Shown here: piece by piece, positions 62,322-64,000 of the stretch
Layout: every line of letters begins with the position of its first letter
Numbering within the stretch: the stretch's first letter is position 1
Assembly (NCBI GenBank): GCA_050246315.1
Contig: JBFWWG010000002.1
Span: forward strand, 32,001-96,000
Reading direction: 5' to 3'
DNA from: Nitrospiraceae bacterium
GTDB taxonomy: Bacteria > Nitrospirota > Nitrospiria > Nitrospirales > Nitrospiraceae
DNA: 64,000 nt
Position numbers and translations under genes: made by a program
The notes under the pieces: model-generated
The model's input: the letters and a program-made list of their open reading frames with translations, nothing else
What the model was told of the DNA's origin: nothing
The model's database searches: none

Positions 62322-63790
62322 GATTCTGAACCCTCTTTGGCCAAACGGAGGATGAATTTCACCGTGGCTCCCTTGCCTCGTTCGCTTTCAATCCAAATCC
62401 GTCCACCATGAGCCTTCACGACCTGCTTGGCCAATGCCAGGCCAAGCCCGCTCCCGGCGACGGCTCTCGACCCCTGGCTGCGCCCTTGATAGAACCGCTC
62501 GAAAATATGCGGCAGGTCGTCCGGATCGATCCCCGGTCCGTGATCGACCACCGAGATGAGCAACAAACCCTGCTTGAGCTTCGGTTCCGCAAGAATCCGC
62601 ACCACCGATCCCTCCGGCGCAAATTTAAGGGCATTGGAGAGGAGGTTATCGAGGACCTGTTCGATCCGCATAAAATCGGCCTTAATCCATAGGCGTGATT
62701 TGGGCAGATCACTGAGGATCTGTACATGTTTGGAGTCGGCCAAGAGCCGGATCTTATTGACGCAGACCTCGACCAGCCGGTGAAAGTCTATCGAGACCAT
62801 TCGATATTCCATCATTCCGGCTTCCATCTTCGAGAGATCCAGAATCGTGGAGATGAGGCGGATCAGGCGCCTGCTGCTATCGGACATGATCCGCAGCGTC
62901 TCCTTTTGATCGGGCGTGACCGGTCCTGGAATTTCGTCCAACAACAGTTGCGTCCCCTCTTGAATGGAGGCCATGGGCGTCCGGAGTTCGTGCGAGACGT
63001 GCGCCAGGAATTCCGATTTCATGTCGTCCAACTGTTGCAGCTTTGTTCCCATCCAGTTGACGGTGTCCACCAGTTCTTGGAGATCCTGTGGTGCTGAAAT
63101 CTGAAGCGGGACGCCGAAATTGCCCTGCCCGATATTCTTGATGTGCGATTGAACTCGACGAAGAGGTCGCAGAATGCTGTAGCTGGCGATCCCGGCGACC
63201 GCCAGACCAAACAACAATGCCACGACGATCAGGTGCCTGGTCGCTGCTTCGGCTTTGGCGGCGCTCGCATAGGCGTGACTGATGCCAATGCTGACGCTGG
63301 CATGCCGCAAGTCGGTATAGGCTTGCAGGGTCTGGGTCATGCGATCGACGATCGCATCGCGCGTGCTTTCATAGGCTGGAGACAGCCGTCCCGGTGTGGC
63401 TGGCTGTCGCTGTGTCTCCTGACGGAACAGATTCACCTGTTCTCTTCGGAGACGCTCCACATCGGCCAATAGCTTCTGGGCTTGGGGGTTCCGTTCGGTC
63501 GCCCGCAAGGTCGCCAGGGTCCGGCTGAACTCCTCTCCTTCCTCTTCAGATTGAAGCAGAAACGCCGGGTCCCTGACGGCCAGGAATTTCTTCTCACTCT
63601 GGATACCGCTGAGCAGCAACGTCGTCAGTCGTTTGCTGGTTTCGATGGCCGGGTAATGACTGACGGCCATTTCTGTCGTCAGGATCGTGATTTGTCTCAA
63701 TTGGAACAGGGCATAGATCGTCACGCCGGTCATCACCCCGATGATGACCAGTGTGGTCAAAACCAGCCGCCAAAAAATCGGAAGTCCCAT
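62318..63790 (-). CDS. HAMP sensor histidine kinase, GlrK/QseE-like
   Basis: Two TMs, HAMP, FLAHVSHELRTPMASIQEG, NLLSNALKF, DHGPGI, FERFYQG, GSGLGL; start reassigned to ATG 63790. Confidence 0.92.
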   Translation of the reverse strand: MGLPIFWRLVLTTLVIIGVMTGVTIYALFQLRQITILTTEMAVSHYPAIETSKRLTTLLLSGIQSEKKFLAVRDPAFLLQSEEEGEEFSRTLATLRATERNPQAQKLLADVERLRREQVNLFRQETQRQPATPGRLSPAYESTRDAIVDRMTQTLQAYTDLRHASVSIGISHAYASAAKAEAATRHLIVVALLFGLAVAGIASYSILRPLRRVQSHIKNIGQGNFGVPLQISAPQDLQELVDTVNWMGTKLQQLDDMKSEFLAHVSHELRTPMASIQEGTQLLLDEIPGPVTPDQKETLRIMSDSSRRLIRLISTILDLSKMEAGMMEYRMVSIDFHRLVEVCVNKIRLLADSKHVQILSDLPKSRLWIKADFMRIEQVLDNLLSNALKFAPEGSVVRILAEPKLKQGLLLISVVDHGPGIDPDDLPHIFERFYQGRSQGSRAVAGSGLGLALAKQVVKAHGGRIWIESERGKGATVKFILRLAKEGSES

Positions 63791-64000
63791 AGGCGTCCGG
63801 TACGTTCCCAGACCTGGTCTGGGATTCCTGACACTATATTTACCGTGATGGAACAACGTCTGGCAAAGCAATTCTTTACCGACACGCCACCGATCGGCTT
63901 CGAGCATGAGATGGCGATCGGTCACAGGAGGTGTCAACGGTTCGTTGCGTGGATCGCGCGCTATCCGGTATCCTCTCCAATGTCGCTCCGTTTGGCACGG

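Overview
A GC-rich bacterial chromosomal segment. Gene content and protein style suggest a Nitrospira/Nitrospirota-like organism (inference, not tested). 1-22.5 kb is mostly housekeeping: partial OPT transporter, TPR protein, coaBC-rpoZ-gmk-yicC-nth-hflX-tsaD-clpC, nadK, FNR-like reductase, fumC, hsp20, citrate synthase, ArsC-like, rnd, J-domain protein and ACT-malic enzyme. 22.6-26.3 kb is a DUF255/YyaL-aldo/keto reductase fusion. 26.6-37.1 kb is a phosphate/polyphosphate neighbourhood: Pal-like, PstS-like, a porin plus three lipoproteins, a phoU pseudogene, ppx, two tandem thymidylate-kinase-like genes and sixA, with two 11-bp-periodic Pho-box-like sites. fcl/gmd follow. 40.4-58.6 kb is a type II secretion cluster (C-D-[cargo]-E-F-G-H-I-J-N-L-M-K). 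Its D-E junction holds a surface protein with a JDVT-CTERM-like tail, its adjacent CPBP protease, and a propeptide-less kexin-like lipoprotein protease with a separately encoded prodomain-like partner. tRNA-Thr(UGU) and a GlrK-QseG-GlrR-like triad end the window. The most unusual signals: (1) a dispersed ~65-nt structured repeat with compensatory base changes and mostly GNA triloops, found as a tandem array, inside a MITE-like element and overlapping the tRNA CCA end; (2) two MITE-like elements with shared ends but different cargo; (3) the T2SS-embedded sorting/protease cassette; (4) the ppx-tmk-tmk-sixA module. All calls come from motif recognition by eye; no searches were run.
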